Shown: piece after piece, positions 19,110-28,634 of the stretch
Position numbering within the stretch: the first letter of the stretch is position 1
How the letters are laid out: every line of letters starts with the position of its first letter
Assembly (NCBI GenBank): GCA_964468335.1
Contig: CAYXUO010000001.1
Span: 1-45,209, forward strand
DNA: 45,209 bases
Direction of reading: 5' to 3'
Source: an uncultured Chryseobacterium sp.
GTDB lineage: Bacteria > Bacteroidota > Bacteroidia > Flavobacteriales > Weeksellaceae
The notes under the pieces: model-generated
Databases searched by the model: none
What the model saw: only the letters and a program-made list of their open reading frames with translations
What the model was told of the DNA's origin: nothing
Made by a program: the position numbers and the translations under genes

Positions 19110-19982
19110 CTAGAAGGAAATGGAATAGGTTCCGGAGGAGGAAGTGTTTGCACGTTCTGCCTTTACATATCTTTTCACCCAGGCGATGGAAGTAGTTACC
19201 GCACATGCGTCCGAAATTCCGCCTGAACGTCTTGCAACCGTCACATTTCCGGCTTTGTCCACTATATAAGCTATATTGATTGTGCCGCTGGCGCTACAGT
19301 TATGTGAAGGCTGTGCACCACCACGTCCCATAGTTCCCGGGATAAAACCAACCAGGTTACGGTCTATACCAATTTTGCTGTCGCCATCACTGTCGCCACC
19401 CAAAGGATCACCGGCATTTCCGGTGGTACCTGCAGTACCCTGTGTGCCGGTACTTGATTTCCGGCCACCAATCAGATTCCCGATTGCGGCTGTACCTTTT
19501 CCGTCGCCTGATCCTGTTTTGGAATTGGCAACCGTAGCTTTTGAAGCGGCGGTTTTTGAGTTGGATGGCTTGGTCACTGCCTTTGAAGTGTTTTTGGAAA
19601 CTGGCTTAGTTACCTTTTCATCTTTTGCAGCACTCACTTTTCTGTTGGTCCCTGTTATTACCTTCTCGGAATTTACAGGTTGAGGTTTAGCTACAGCTGT
19701 GGGCTGCGGCTGTGCGATGTCCTGCTGAACAGTTTGAGTTTCCGTTGATGTTTCTGCGGCAAGGCTTCCCTGTTGAAAAGCCGGATCTTCCTGGTCCTGA
19801 CCATTGCGGTTATCGCCGAAATTCAGGAGCATCGTGGTAACCTCCTCAGGCTTTTCGGTAATTTTGGTAAACTGATAATAGTAGATAAGGAGAAAGCCCA
19901 AAGCAGCTACCAATAAGGTAACCAGCGCACTTTTTTGGCGGTCTCTCTGGTCATAATCAGTATGTTTGGTTGCTAAACCCAT
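19110..19982 (-). CDS. tonB: TonB/TolA-like energy transducer
   Basis: Single N-terminal TM, K/T/S/P- then Gly-rich linker, TonB-C-like end (GTINIAYIVDKAGNV) with two Cys. Follows exbD. Confidence 0.75.
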   Translation of the reverse strand: MGLATKHTDYDQRDRQKSALVTLLVAALGFLLIYYYQFTKITEKPEEVTTMLLNFGDNRNGQDQEDPAFQQGSLAAETSTETQTVQQDIAQPQPTAVAKPQPVNSEKVITGTNRKVSAAKDEKVTKPVSKNTSKAVTKPSNSKTAASKATVANSKTGSGDGKGTAAIGNLIGGRKSSTGTQGTAGTTGNAGDPLGGDSDGDSKIGIDRNLVGFIPGTMGRGGAQPSHNCSASGTINIAYIVDKAGNVTVARRSGGISDACAVTTSIAWVKRYVKAERANTSSSGTYSISF

Positions 19983-20383
19983 TAATCTTCCTGTGTTGTA
20001 GCGATTGCTAGATTGTACTTATGTGTTTCGGCAATGGACATTACAAAAACGACGTCCCTGTGCCGGCTGTTCTCGTCTGCACGGATGGTAAAGGCAGGAT
20101 TACTTTCCTCCTTCAGAGCATCTACAAGATAATTTTCCAGTTGCTCCCTTGCTATCTCTGTATCGTTCACAAAATATTTGCCGTCTGCTTTAATAGTCAC
20201 GGTTGTAGCCTCCTGAACTGAAGGGTTGGCAGAATCGGCCGTAGGAAGTTTTACATCAATAGCACTTTGGCTGATGGCGGAACTCGTGATCATGAAAAAT
20301 ATCAACAACAGAAAAATAATATCTGTCATGGATGCCATGCTGAATTCTGCATTTACTCTGTTCTTCCTCTTTAATTCCATCAA
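19982..20383 (-). CDS. exbD: Biopolymer transporter ExbD/TolR
   Basis: SMTDIIFLLLIFFM TM with the essential Asp, and IRADE. Confidence 0.93.
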   Translation of the reverse strand: MMELKRKNRVNAEFSMASMTDIIFLLLIFFMITSSAISQSAIDVKLPTADSANPSVQEATTVTIKADGKYFVNDTEIAREQLENYLVDALKEESNPAFTIRADENSRHRDVVFVMSIAETHKYNLAIATTQED

Positions 20384-20422
20384 TTATTTGGATTGGATGT
20401 TGTGATATAAGTTAAGTCCCTG

Positions 20423-21103
20423 TTACAGCGGTTTGTTCAATGCGTCCAGGAATTCATTCACATGGGTTTGGATTTTCAGGACAAGTCTGTCCACATTGGT
20501 TACAAGGATATTGTAAAAGAAGTACGCCGGTATACCCACAAACAGACCTACCGCTGTAGTCGCCATTGCAGTATAAATACCCGAAGCCAGAAGTTTTGGA
20601 CTTACTGCACCGGTAACATTGGAAATTTCGAAAAATGCCATAATCATACCCACTACTGTACCCAAAAAACCGAGCATTGGTGCGGCTCCCGACGCCGATG
20701 CCAGGATATTCAGGTTTTTCTCCAGTCTGGAAACCTCCAGCTGTCCCTGGTTCTGCATCGCATTGGAAATATCTGATATGGGACGGCCTATCCTGGCCAG
20801 ACCTTTCTCAATCATACGGGCTTCAGGTGAGTCTATGGTTCTGCAATAATCCATTGCAGTCTGTATTTTTCCATCCTGTACAAAATCCTTAATGTTCTCC
20901 AGAAAGTTGGGAGTCTGTCTGGAGGCACGTTTGATGAAGAAAAATCTTTCAAGAAAAATATAAAGCGCTAGAAGTCCAAGCAGGAAAATTGCGACCATAA
21001 TGGAGTTTCCTATGATTCCTCCACTAAAAAGAACATCCCAAAGGGAAAAAACATGGGTTTCGGTGGTAGTGTTTACAATTTGAGTAGGGGTCTGCAAAAA
21101 CAT
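20423..21103 (-). CDS. exbB: MotA/TolQ/ExbB proton channel
   Basis: APMLGFLGTVVGM and GIYTAMATTAVGL...IPA motifs. Confidence 0.93.
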   Translation of the reverse strand: MFLQTPTQIVNTTTETHVFSLWDVLFSGGIIGNSIMVAIFLLGLLALYIFLERFFFIKRASRQTPNFLENIKDFVQDGKIQTAMDYCRTIDSPEARMIEKGLARIGRPISDISNAMQNQGQLEVSRLEKNLNILASASGAAPMLGFLGTVVGMIMAFFEISNVTGAVSPKLLASGIYTAMATTAVGLFVGIPAYFFYNILVTNVDRLVLKIQTHVNEFLDALNKPL

Positions 21104-21132
21104 CTTATATTTTTTGATTATTGATTGAACGG

Positions 21133-21140
21133 CAAATCTA
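21133..21140 (-). promoter_or_regulatory. Sigma-A -7 box for exbB-exbD-tonB
   Basis: TAGATTTG on the minus strand 29 bp upstream of exbB. Confidence 0.6.
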
Positions 21141-21154
21141 GCCTAATATTGTTG

Positions 21155-21176
21155 AAAAGCCCCTTTTTAAGGGCTT
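21155..21176 (-). terminator. Probable terminator of the 21212..21673 gene
   Basis: AAGCCC...GGGCTT hairpin with a short T tail on the minus strand. Confidence 0.45.
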
Positions 21177-21211
21177 ATTTGCTGTGACAGGAAAAAACGC
21201 GGTGCATAATT

Positions 21212-21673
21212 TCACTCATCTTCCACCACAATTTCATCCTCTTTAAAATGGCATTTAAGTTTGAATGGAATAGGTTCATCCGAGCCTGTATAGAAATCGG
21301 TAAGTTCTCCCTGCCAGCACAGTTGCAGAATACCTTCACCGTTTTTCTCAAATGAAAGTTCATTCTTCAGCAAATACGCATCTTCATCGTCAAATAAATC
21401 AATCTCCGTGTAAGAAGCTTCGTCCGTATCGTCAATGTTGAATTTCTGCGCTTCGATTTCTTCGTCTTCCAGCGGAAAATCAATCACCCTCAGCGAGAGT
21501 TGCGGAAAATTATACTGCAGGGAATCATCATCAACATGATCCAGGGATTCATCGGTAATTACCTCCACTTCCAGCAAATGTTCGCTGTTACTGTATACTG
21601 CCTTGCAGTAGGTGTTTTTTATATGGTACTTAAGCGTTTCCTCAGGATGGTAAATTTTTAAAATCCCTTTCAT
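21212..21673 (-). CDS. Hypothetical acidic beta-rich protein
   Basis: 153-aa D/E-rich ORF with its own TATCTTTG -7 box (21715-21722). No family recognised. Confidence 0.75.
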   Translation of the reverse strand: MKGILKIYHPEETLKYHIKNTYCKAVYSNSEHLLEVEVITDESLDHVDDDSLQYNFPQLSLRVIDFPLEDEEIEAQKFNIDDTDEASYTEIDLFDDEDAYLLKNELSFEKNGEGILQLCWQGELTDFYTGSDEPIPFKLKCHFKEDEIVVEDE

Positions 21674-21814
21674 TTTGATGGCGAAGTAATTAATGTGTTA
21701 ATAATACTGTCTGACAAAGATAAAAAATTGCCCGAACCGCAGATTTTTTTTTCAAATTATTTTAAAAAGGCCATTTGGAGAAATTATAGTTAAATTTAGC
21801 CTGTCAAAATATCT

Positions 21815-23611
21815 GTGATGAGCCGTATAGTATTGAAGTACCTTTTAATTATTAGTCTGGGATTTGCAGCGCTTTCCTGCAAAAAAACCGATTCGCCCCT
21901 TACTCGGGTTACTCCTATGGAAATTGATTCCATTGCTGCCAACTACTACGAGCAGTATCTGAAACTTTATCCTCTGGAGGCCACTGCGCAGGGAGATTAC
22001 CGCTACAACGACCAGCTTCCTATTGATATTGATAAGGATTATATTGCCGGCGAAATAGCCTTTTACAATTCCGTACAGAAGCAGATGGAGAAGCTGAATT
22101 ACAGAAATCTCTCTGACGAAGATAAGACCGTGTATGATGTTCTGGATTTTATCCTGAAAGCCAAGATAGAGCGTTACGCCTACAAACCGGAATTGATTCC
22201 GTTCACACAGTTTAACGGTTTACCGCTTGATTTTCCATTGCTGGGATCCGGGGAGGGCACCCAGCCTTTTAAAACGGAAAAAGATTACGAAGACTGGCTA
22301 AAGCGTGCTGCTAAATTTCCGCTGTGGATGACTGCAGCTACAGAAAATTTCCGCAACGGCATATCTGCGGGTCATGTACTTCCTAAAAAACTGGTGGTAA
22401 AAATGATCGCTCAGATGCGTGCCGAAGAAATTATAACAACGGATTGGGAGAAAAATATTTTTTACGGTCCTGTGCATAACTTTCCTAAAAATTTTACAGA
22501 GAAACAAAAGGAGAAATATACAGCTGCTTATGTTGATCTGATCGGGAAGAAGATCGTTCCGGCATACGCAGCGATGGGAGAGTTTCTGGAAAATGAATAC
22601 CTGCCTAAAGCCAGGGATACAGACGGAATAAATGCGCTGCCCAAGGGAAAGGATATTTATTCATTTTATGCGCGTAACTGGACTACAACAAATAAGACAC
22701 CGGACGATATTTACAAAACCGGTCTGGCTGAGGTGGCCATGCTTCGTGCAGAAATGGAGAAGGTGAAGCAGCAGGTTGGATTTGCCGGAAACCTGGATCA
22801 GTTTATTGCACATGTAAAAGAAGATCCTGCAGCCATGTCATACAAGAGTGAGAAGGAGATCATTGATGCATTTAATGCGGTTCTGAAGAAGATTACGCCT
22901 AAACTGAAAACAATGTTCAGCCACAGCCCGAAGACACCATTTGAAATCAGGCAAACTGAAAAGTTCCGGGAGGCGACCGCGAGTGCCGAGTATGTGCCCG
23001 GAACCCCAGATGGCAAACGTCCGGGAATCTTCTATATGCCTATTCCGGATGCTACCAAATTCAACGTTACTTCCGGTATGGAATCCCTCTTTCTTCATGA
23101 AGCTATACCGGGACATCATTATCAGATTTCCCTGCAGCAGGAAAATACGGAGCTCCCGAAATTCATGCGCTTTGGTTGGCTTGGCGCATACGGAGAAGGT
23201 TGGGCGCATTACTGTGAGACTCTGGGACCGGAGTTGGGTCTGTATACAGATCCTTATCAGAAAATGGGCTACCTGAGTGATCAAATGCTTCGTGCCGTGA
23301 GATTGGTGGTAGATACGGGTTTACATTCAGGCCGAATGAACAGGGAAGAGGCCATTCGCTATTTCCTGAGCAACATCTCCTACGATGAAGCAGCAGCTAC
23401 GGCGGAAATTGAAAGATATATGGCGATGCCTGGACAGGCACTCAGCTACAAGATTGGAAGCCTTAAAATTCGTGAACTCAGAACGAAATATGAGAAGGAG
23501 TTAGGCAAAAAGTTCAGCTTACCGAAATTTCATGATGAGATCCTGAATCAGGGATCGCTCCCGCTGGATGTTTTGGACCGGAAAATGAAGGTTTGGGCTT
23601 CTAAGCAGTAA
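21815..23611 (+). CDS. DUF885 family lipoprotein (putative zinc metallopeptidase)
   Basis: Lipobox ALSC, HEAIPGHHYQ, EGWAHYCE, RAVRLVVDTGLH and PGQALSY. Start may be the ATG at 21818. Confidence 0.9.
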   Translation: MMSRIVLKYLLIISLGFAALSCKKTDSPLTRVTPMEIDSIAANYYEQYLKLYPLEATAQGDYRYNDQLPIDIDKDYIAGEIAFYNSVQKQMEKLNYRNLSDEDKTVYDVLDFILKAKIERYAYKPELIPFTQFNGLPLDFPLLGSGEGTQPFKTEKDYEDWLKRAAKFPLWMTAATENFRNGISAGHVLPKKLVVKMIAQMRAEEIITTDWEKNIFYGPVHNFPKNFTEKQKEKYTAAYVDLIGKKIVPAYAAMGEFLENEYLPKARDTDGINALPKGKDIYSFYARNWTTTNKTPDDIYKTGLAEVAMLRAEMEKVKQQVGFAGNLDQFIAHVKEDPAAMSYKSEKEIIDAFNAVLKKITPKLKTMFSHSPKTPFEIRQTEKFREATASAEYVPGTPDGKRPGIFYMPIPDATKFNVTSGMESLFLHEAIPGHHYQISLQQENTELPKFMRFGWLGAYGEGWAHYCETLGPELGLYTDPYQKMGYLSDQMLRAVRLVVDTGLHSGRMNREEAIRYFLSNISYDEAAATAEIERYMAMPGQALSYKIGSLKIRELRTKYEKELGKKFSLPKFHDEILNQGSLPLDVLDRKMKVWASKQ

Positions 23612-23614
23612 GCA

Positions 23615-24232
23615 TTACAGATTTAACATTCTGGTGATGAAATCTCCTTCACGTTTTCCGCGTGCGGGAGAATATTCGCGCCCGTAAAAGATGATCTGAA
23701 GGTGCAGTTTATTCCATAGTTCCCTCGGAAATATTTTTTTGGCATCGCGCTCCGTTTCCTGTACATTTTTCCCGCTGGTAAGCTTCCAGAGCGTCATTAA
23801 CCTGTGAATATGCGTATCTACAGGAAAAGCAGGGATGCCAAAAGCCTGGCTCATTACCACACTTGCCGTTTTATGACCCACGCCTGGCAGCGCCTCCAGC
23901 TCCTCAAAAGTCTGCGGAACTTCACCAGCATGCCTTTCAACCAGAAGTTCGGCCATTCGCTTCAGGTTTTTTGCTTTCTGGTTCGCAAGACCGATTTCCT
24001 TTATAAGATCTTTAATTTCGGAAACCTCCAAATGCTGCATTTTGAAAGGCGTATCCGCCACGGCAAAAAGTGCGGGCGTAATCTGGTTCACTTTCCGGTC
24101 TGTCGTTTGTGCAGACAGGGCTACGGCCACCAATAAAGTGAAAGGATCAGTATGGTCCAGCGGCACGGGCACAGTAGGGTACAGTTTCTCGAGTTCGGTG
24201 ATTACAATAGCGGCCCTTTGCTTTTTTGTCAT
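23615..24232 (-). CDS. nth: Endonuclease III (HhH-GPD glycosylase/AP lyase) lacking the Fe-S motif
   Basis: LSAQTTD, HhH LPGVGHKTA (catalytic Lys) and VDTHIHR (catalytic Asp). Start placed at ATG 24232 (MTKKQR). No Cys in the protein. Confidence 0.9.
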   Translation of the reverse strand: MTKKQRAAIVITELEKLYPTVPVPLDHTDPFTLLVAVALSAQTTDRKVNQITPALFAVADTPFKMQHLEVSEIKDLIKEIGLANQKAKNLKRMAELLVERHAGEVPQTFEELEALPGVGHKTASVVMSQAFGIPAFPVDTHIHRLMTLWKLTSGKNVQETERDAKKIFPRELWNKLHLQIIFYGREYSPARGKREGDFITRMLNL

Positions 24233-24240
24233 TTTAAAAT

Positions 24241-24258
24241 TAAATTTGGACAAAATTA
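24241..24258. promoter_or_regulatory. Face-to-face sigma-A -7 boxes for bcp (+, 24241-24248) and nth (-, 24251-24258)
   Basis: TAAATTTG-ga-CAAAATTA gives a TAnnTTTG match on each strand within a 32-bp gap. Confidence 0.6.
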
Positions 24259-24264
24259 ACTTTT

Positions 24265-24717
24265 ATGTTGAATGTAGGCGATCAGTTACCGGACTTTAAC
24301 GCGCTTAACCAGGAAGGCCGCACGGTCCAGAGTTCAGACCTCCTCGGTCATAAAACAGTTGTGTTTTTCTATCCTCAGGCCAATACTCCCACCTGCACCG
24401 CTGAGGCCTGTAATTTGAACAATCATCTAGCTGAGCTGCAAAAAGCTGGGTACAGGGTGCTGGGTATTTCAGCAGATACTGTAAAGAAGCAGAAGAACTT
24501 CCACACGAAATTTGATTTAGGCTATGATCTTATAGCCGATGAGCACAGGGAAATCATAGAAAAATTTGGAGTTTGGCAGGAAAAGAAAACCTTCGGAAAA
24601 ACTTATTATGGTATCGTACGTACCACTTTTATATTTGATGAGAAAGGTATCTGCGTCCGCAGGATAGACAAAGTGAAGTCCAAAGAAGCAGCACAGCAGA
24701 TCTTAAGCGCGGATTAA
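24265..24717 (+). CDS. bcp: Thioredoxin-dependent peroxiredoxin BCP/PrxQ
   Basis: FYPQANTPTCTAEAC (PxxxTxxC plus resolving Cys), GISAD and RTTFIFDEKG. Confidence 0.95.
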   Translation: MLNVGDQLPDFNALNQEGRTVQSSDLLGHKTVVFFYPQANTPTCTAEACNLNNHLAELQKAGYRVLGISADTVKKQKNFHTKFDLGYDLIADEHREIIEKFGVWQEKKTFGKTYYGIVRTTFIFDEKGICVRRIDKVKSKEAAQQILSAD

Positions 24718-25421
24718 TTCCTGCGTTGCTGTTTACGTACCTTTTTTTCCATTTTTTTAGTCAGTTCCTTCTGTATTCTCTTCTGCTCTTCAGCACGAAG
24801 TTTTGCTTCTTCCATCTGTCTGTCCAGCGCACTGTAATGCGGATTGTTTTCGCATTGCTTTCCATACAGTTCAAAATAAGGGCCTAAATCCTTCTCCTCC
24901 GATACTGCACCGGTAGCTTTATCTACGCGCATCGTGTAGTGTGTCCTGGCAAGTGGACATTCGGCCGAGGTTTCTTTTCCGGCATCTACCACGTAATAAC
25001 TGCCGCGGTCTATATAGTTGGCGGCGTAATCCTTAAATTCGAAATCAATCTGATAGCCATGCGCAAGTGCAGCCAAAGCAGCTTCCTCTCCGTTATCAAT
25101 CCGACCTATGAAAGTTTTTAATGCATGTGGATCCGTAATATATTGTACGCTTGCTCCCTGTGTAAATACGATATAATAATAGCCGGGCTCGTGCGGGTTG
25201 AGTTTAAAACCCTTGCTCTGACTCTCAAATGCAGATTTCACGTCGGGAGTAAGGACACGGTCCTTCCCTTCAAGATGATATATTACTGTCCACGACCTGA
25301 TATTACCTTCCGGACTGATTTTCTGCAAAAGATTTTCTGCATTGCTAAAATGAACCTTTTTCTCCTGAGACTGGAATGATATTGCCGCGAGAAGCGAGGT
25401 AAGGACGATAATTTTTTTCAT
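24714..25421 (-). CDS. Hypothetical exported protein
   Basis: Sec signal peptide, one Cys pair and a charged C-terminal helix. 4-bp convergent overlap with bcp. Confidence 0.75.
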   Translation of the reverse strand: MKKIIVLTSLLAAISFQSQEKKVHFSNAENLLQKISPEGNIRSWTVIYHLEGKDRVLTPDVKSAFESQSKGFKLNPHEPGYYYIVFTQGASVQYITDPHALKTFIGRIDNGEEAALAALAHGYQIDFEFKDYAANYIDRGSYYVVDAGKETSAECPLARTHYTMRVDKATGAVSEEKDLGPYFELYGKQCENNPHYSALDRQMEEAKLRAEEQKRIQKELTKKMEKKVRKQQRRN

Positions 25422-25496
25422 AATCTTGAGGTCGGTGGCGCAGTGATGTGCAGACCTTAGAAAACGGAAATTACATTAACTTATTGCCTTGCGCGG

Positions 25497-26579
25497 CTAT
25501 ATAAACTTATCGCCCTTCTTTAGGGTTTTTAGATCCTGAACATACTGCTTGATCAACTGATCGTTGGCACGCGGGCATATCAGGAGTGCTTTGTCTGTAT
25601 CAACAACAATAAAATCCTTCAGTCCGTCTATTATTACTGCTTTATTACTGTTTTTAAGGCGCACCACATTCCCTTTGGAATTGTAGGTCATTACATATTT
25701 TGAGTTCACCGCATTCTTTTGGTCGTCCTTTTCTGCATTTTCATAAACGGACGTCCAGGTTCCGAGGTCGCTCCAGCCCAAATCGGCCGGAATCACGTAT
25801 ACATTATTGGCACGCTCCAGTATCCCATTATCTATGGAAATTTTGGTCACCTTAGGGTAAATGAGCTCCACGCACTGCCCTTCACGGTCTGAATTGAACT
25901 CACAGGAACTGAACTGTTCGCACATTTCCGGCAGGAAGTGTTCAAAAGCTCTACAGATGCTTTTTACATTCCAGACAAAAATTCCGGAGTTCCACAGAAA
26001 ATCGCCGCTTTCCAGAAAGGTCTTGGCAATCTCGAGACTCGGTTTCTCCGTGAAGGTCTTCACCTTTGATATTTCAGTGCCGGGAGTATCTATAAACTGG
26101 ATATAACCATAACCTGTGTCCGGGCGGGTAGGAGTAATTCCAAGCGTAATAAGATAATCATGCTGCGAAGCCAGCCCAAATGCATAATGCACCTTTTCCA
26201 GAAAGGTTTTTTCCTTTACAATCAGGTGATCTGCCGGCAGGACGATAATATTTGCATCAGGTGATTTTGCGGCAATCTTGCTGGCCATGTATATGTTGCA
26301 GGCGGCAGTATTTTTCATCATTGGCTCGCCTACAATGTTTTCAGCCGGAATTTCAGGAAGTTGGGACTGAGAGAGTTCTACATATTCCTTATTGGTAATT
26401 ACATAGATGTTTTCCGGCGGCAGCAGTTGGCTGATTCTGTCGTAGGTTTGCTGGATCATAGTCCTGCCGGTACCCAGAATATCCTGAAACTGCTTAGGGA
26501 ACTTCTGCGTACTCATAGGCCAGAAACGGCTTCCAATGCCACCGGCCATTATGACGCAGTAATTATCTGATTTAAACAT
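25497..26579 (-). CDS. manC: Mannose-1-phosphate guanylyltransferase
   Basis: IMAGGIGSRFWPMS..PKQF, EP..KNTA, PADH, TGYGYI, FTEKP, WNSGIF and WSDLGTW. Confidence 0.95.
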   Translation of the reverse strand: MFKSDNYCVIMAGGIGSRFWPMSTQKFPKQFQDILGTGRTMIQQTYDRISQLLPPENIYVITNKEYVELSQSQLPEIPAENIVGEPMMKNTAACNIYMASKIAAKSPDANIIVLPADHLIVKEKTFLEKVHYAFGLASQHDYLITLGITPTRPDTGYGYIQFIDTPGTEISKVKTFTEKPSLEIAKTFLESGDFLWNSGIFVWNVKSICRAFEHFLPEMCEQFSSCEFNSDREGQCVELIYPKVTKISIDNGILERANNVYVIPADLGWSDLGTWTSVYENAEKDDQKNAVNSKYVMTYNSKGNVVRLKNSNKAVIIDGLKDFIVVDTDKALLICPRANDQLIKQYVQDLKTLKKGDKFI

Positions 26580-26581
26580 GT

Positions 26582-27172
26582 TTAGCTTATTTTTTCTACT
26601 CTGGCCAGGGGCTTGAAAATATATTTTTTCCCGCTTTCCAGTTCAACACAAATATAGTTTTTTTTAAGTTTCTGTTCTATGACATATGTCTTCTTTCGGT
26701 AGATAAAACGGTCATTTAGGGCCAGGTCATCTACATAACTCGTTTCATCTTCATAATTTTCAATGTGAAAATATCTCACAAGTTCCGGGCTTGCCATAAA
26801 ACTTGCCCTGGGCGATTGAGCAAAGCGTAAAATGACGGGTTGAAGATCTTCCGGATATACCAGAATACTGGTCAGCAGCATTTCGCCAAATATTTTTTTC
26901 CATTCCGGTCCGTGAGCTGTTATTTTTCCGGCAAACCGGTCAAAAGCGATCAAGTGAGCCAGTTCATGGGTAAGTACAAAGAAAAAAAGATCGGGCTGCA
27001 GTGTGCAGTTTACGGTAATCTGATGACTACCATCCGGCATCTTCCGATAATCGCCCAGTTTGGTGGTCCTGCCCCGTGTAATTTTGATGTGGATACGGTG
27101 TGCGCCAAACCACTCCTTCAGGTGGCACAATGAATTGGATGGAAGATATTTTTCTAAAGGAGTAATCGACAT
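26582..27172 (-). CDS. SprT-like zinc metalloprotease domain protein
   Basis: HELAH...HGPEWK motif of the SprT-like family. This is not the T9SS SprT/PorT. Confidence 0.88.
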   Translation of the reverse strand: MSITPLEKYLPSNSLCHLKEWFGAHRIHIKITRGRTTKLGDYRKMPDGSHQITVNCTLQPDLFFFVLTHELAHLIAFDRFAGKITAHGPEWKKIFGEMLLTSILVYPEDLQPVILRFAQSPRASFMASPELVRYFHIENYEDETSYVDDLALNDRFIYRKKTYVIEQKLKKNYICVELESGKKYIFKPLARVEKIS

Positions 27173-27197
27173 TCAGCACGGTTTCCGGCAACTGCCT

Positions 27198-28538
27198 TTA
27201 CAAAGTAATAGGGATGCCTGCATAAAAGTTAAGCAGTTTCAGGCTGAAAATATAATTGTACTTGGCCTGTGCTACCGAACCCTGTGCATTCGCATAATTG
27301 TTTCTGGCCACATTAACATCGTAGATCGTAGCTCGTCCTGCCGCGTAACTTTTTTCGGTGAAGTCCAGTGCCAGCGCGGTGCTTTTCTCGGTTTCCAGGG
27401 CTGCAAGATAGGATTCATAGCTGGATTCAGCATCAAACTGGGATCTCTGAACATTCTGGAGTACTTCCTGACGCTGAATTTCAAGTGCGTTTTGAGCAAC
27501 TTCCTCATTGATACGGCTCTGTTCTACCTGTAATCTGGTAATGCCTTTGTTGAAAATAGGAATATTGGCTGATAGGCCTACCTGCTGCCCGAAGGTATCC
27601 TGATACTGCTGGAAAAAGGTTCTGTCTTTGACGAGATTCCCAAACTGATCATATCTTTTAACCAGGGAATTGAAATAGGAGGATCCAATGCCTGCGCTGG
27701 CTGATATCGTAGGCCAGAAAGCTGTTTCCGTAATTTCAGTTTGCGCCTGTGCAGCTTTTATCCGGCTTTCCGCAGCTTTTATCTGGGGTTGGTTGCCAAA
27801 TGCAGTTTCAATAATATCGTCTGCGGAATGCAGTGGTGCCTGTGGTTTCTGCTCCACATCAACAGCTGCAACATCAAAATTTTTATAATCGGTTAGACGA
27901 AGGAGTTGCGCCAGAGTAAACAGACTTCTGTCCGTATTGATCTGGGCATTTTTTAAATTCTGATTCTCCCGGGAAACCGCGGCCTCGGCTTCTACCAGCA
28001 CAGTTCTGGCCGTAGTTCCGACTTCAGTGGTAATTCTGGCGCGGTCCAGAAGCTTGGTGGCATTCTCAAGCGAACTCTGAGCAATTTTTTCCACTTCTTT
28101 ATTCAGCATAATTTGAAGGTACTGCTGCGCTACCTGCAGTGAAATGTCATTTTTCACCCGATCCACATCATAACCTGCTGCCTCCAGCTCAAATTCGGTG
28201 CGTCGAATGTTTTTTTCTATACGCCCGTTGTTGAACAGGAGCATATCGGCTCCAATATTGGCACTGTTGGTAAAATTATCGTTCCGCTGGGTGGTTCCGA
28301 AAAAATCGCGGCCCTGACCGAATGAAAAATTATTGTTAATATTACCTGCAACAGAAGGTAAATACTCCCGTTTTGCAATGCTGAGGGAATTCTGCTGTAT
28401 CCGCTGGCTGTTTTGCGAACTGATGATCTGCAGGTTATTTTGAACGGCATATTCCACAGCTTCCTGCAATGTCCACTTTTTTTGCGCATTTATTCCGATG
28501 GAAGCACAGCCTAAAGCCAAAAACAGAAGTTTTTTCAT
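27198..28538 (-). CDS. TolC family outer-membrane efflux protein
   Basis: Signal peptide, WTLQEAVEYA.NN and two OEP repeats (YLPS...LFNNG; WPT...IPIFNKG). Confidence 0.92.
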   Translation of the reverse strand: MKKLLFLALGCASIGINAQKKWTLQEAVEYAVQNNLQIISSQNSQRIQQNSLSIAKREYLPSVAGNINNNFSFGQGRDFFGTTQRNDNFTNSANIGADMLLFNNGRIEKNIRRTEFELEAAGYDVDRVKNDISLQVAQQYLQIMLNKEVEKIAQSSLENATKLLDRARITTEVGTTARTVLVEAEAAVSRENQNLKNAQINTDRSLFTLAQLLRLTDYKNFDVAAVDVEQKPQAPLHSADDIIETAFGNQPQIKAAESRIKAAQAQTEITETAFWPTISASAGIGSSYFNSLVKRYDQFGNLVKDRTFFQQYQDTFGQQVGLSANIPIFNKGITRLQVEQSRINEEVAQNALEIQRQEVLQNVQRSQFDAESSYESYLAALETEKSTALALDFTEKSYAAGRATIYDVNVARNNYANAQGSVAQAKYNYIFSLKLLNFYAGIPITL

Positions 28539-28634
28539 TCGCTATTTTAGGTGATTAGACGGCGTTGCTGTTAAAATGTTACAATTTCCTTTATCGTATT
28601 GGTTTTCAATGAAATCTTTTTTGAAATTTGCCAA

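Noticed and set aside
26582-27172. Gliding/T9SS gene sprT
   Set aside because: Name collision only. This is a HExxH SprT-like protease domain, not the PorT beta-barrel.
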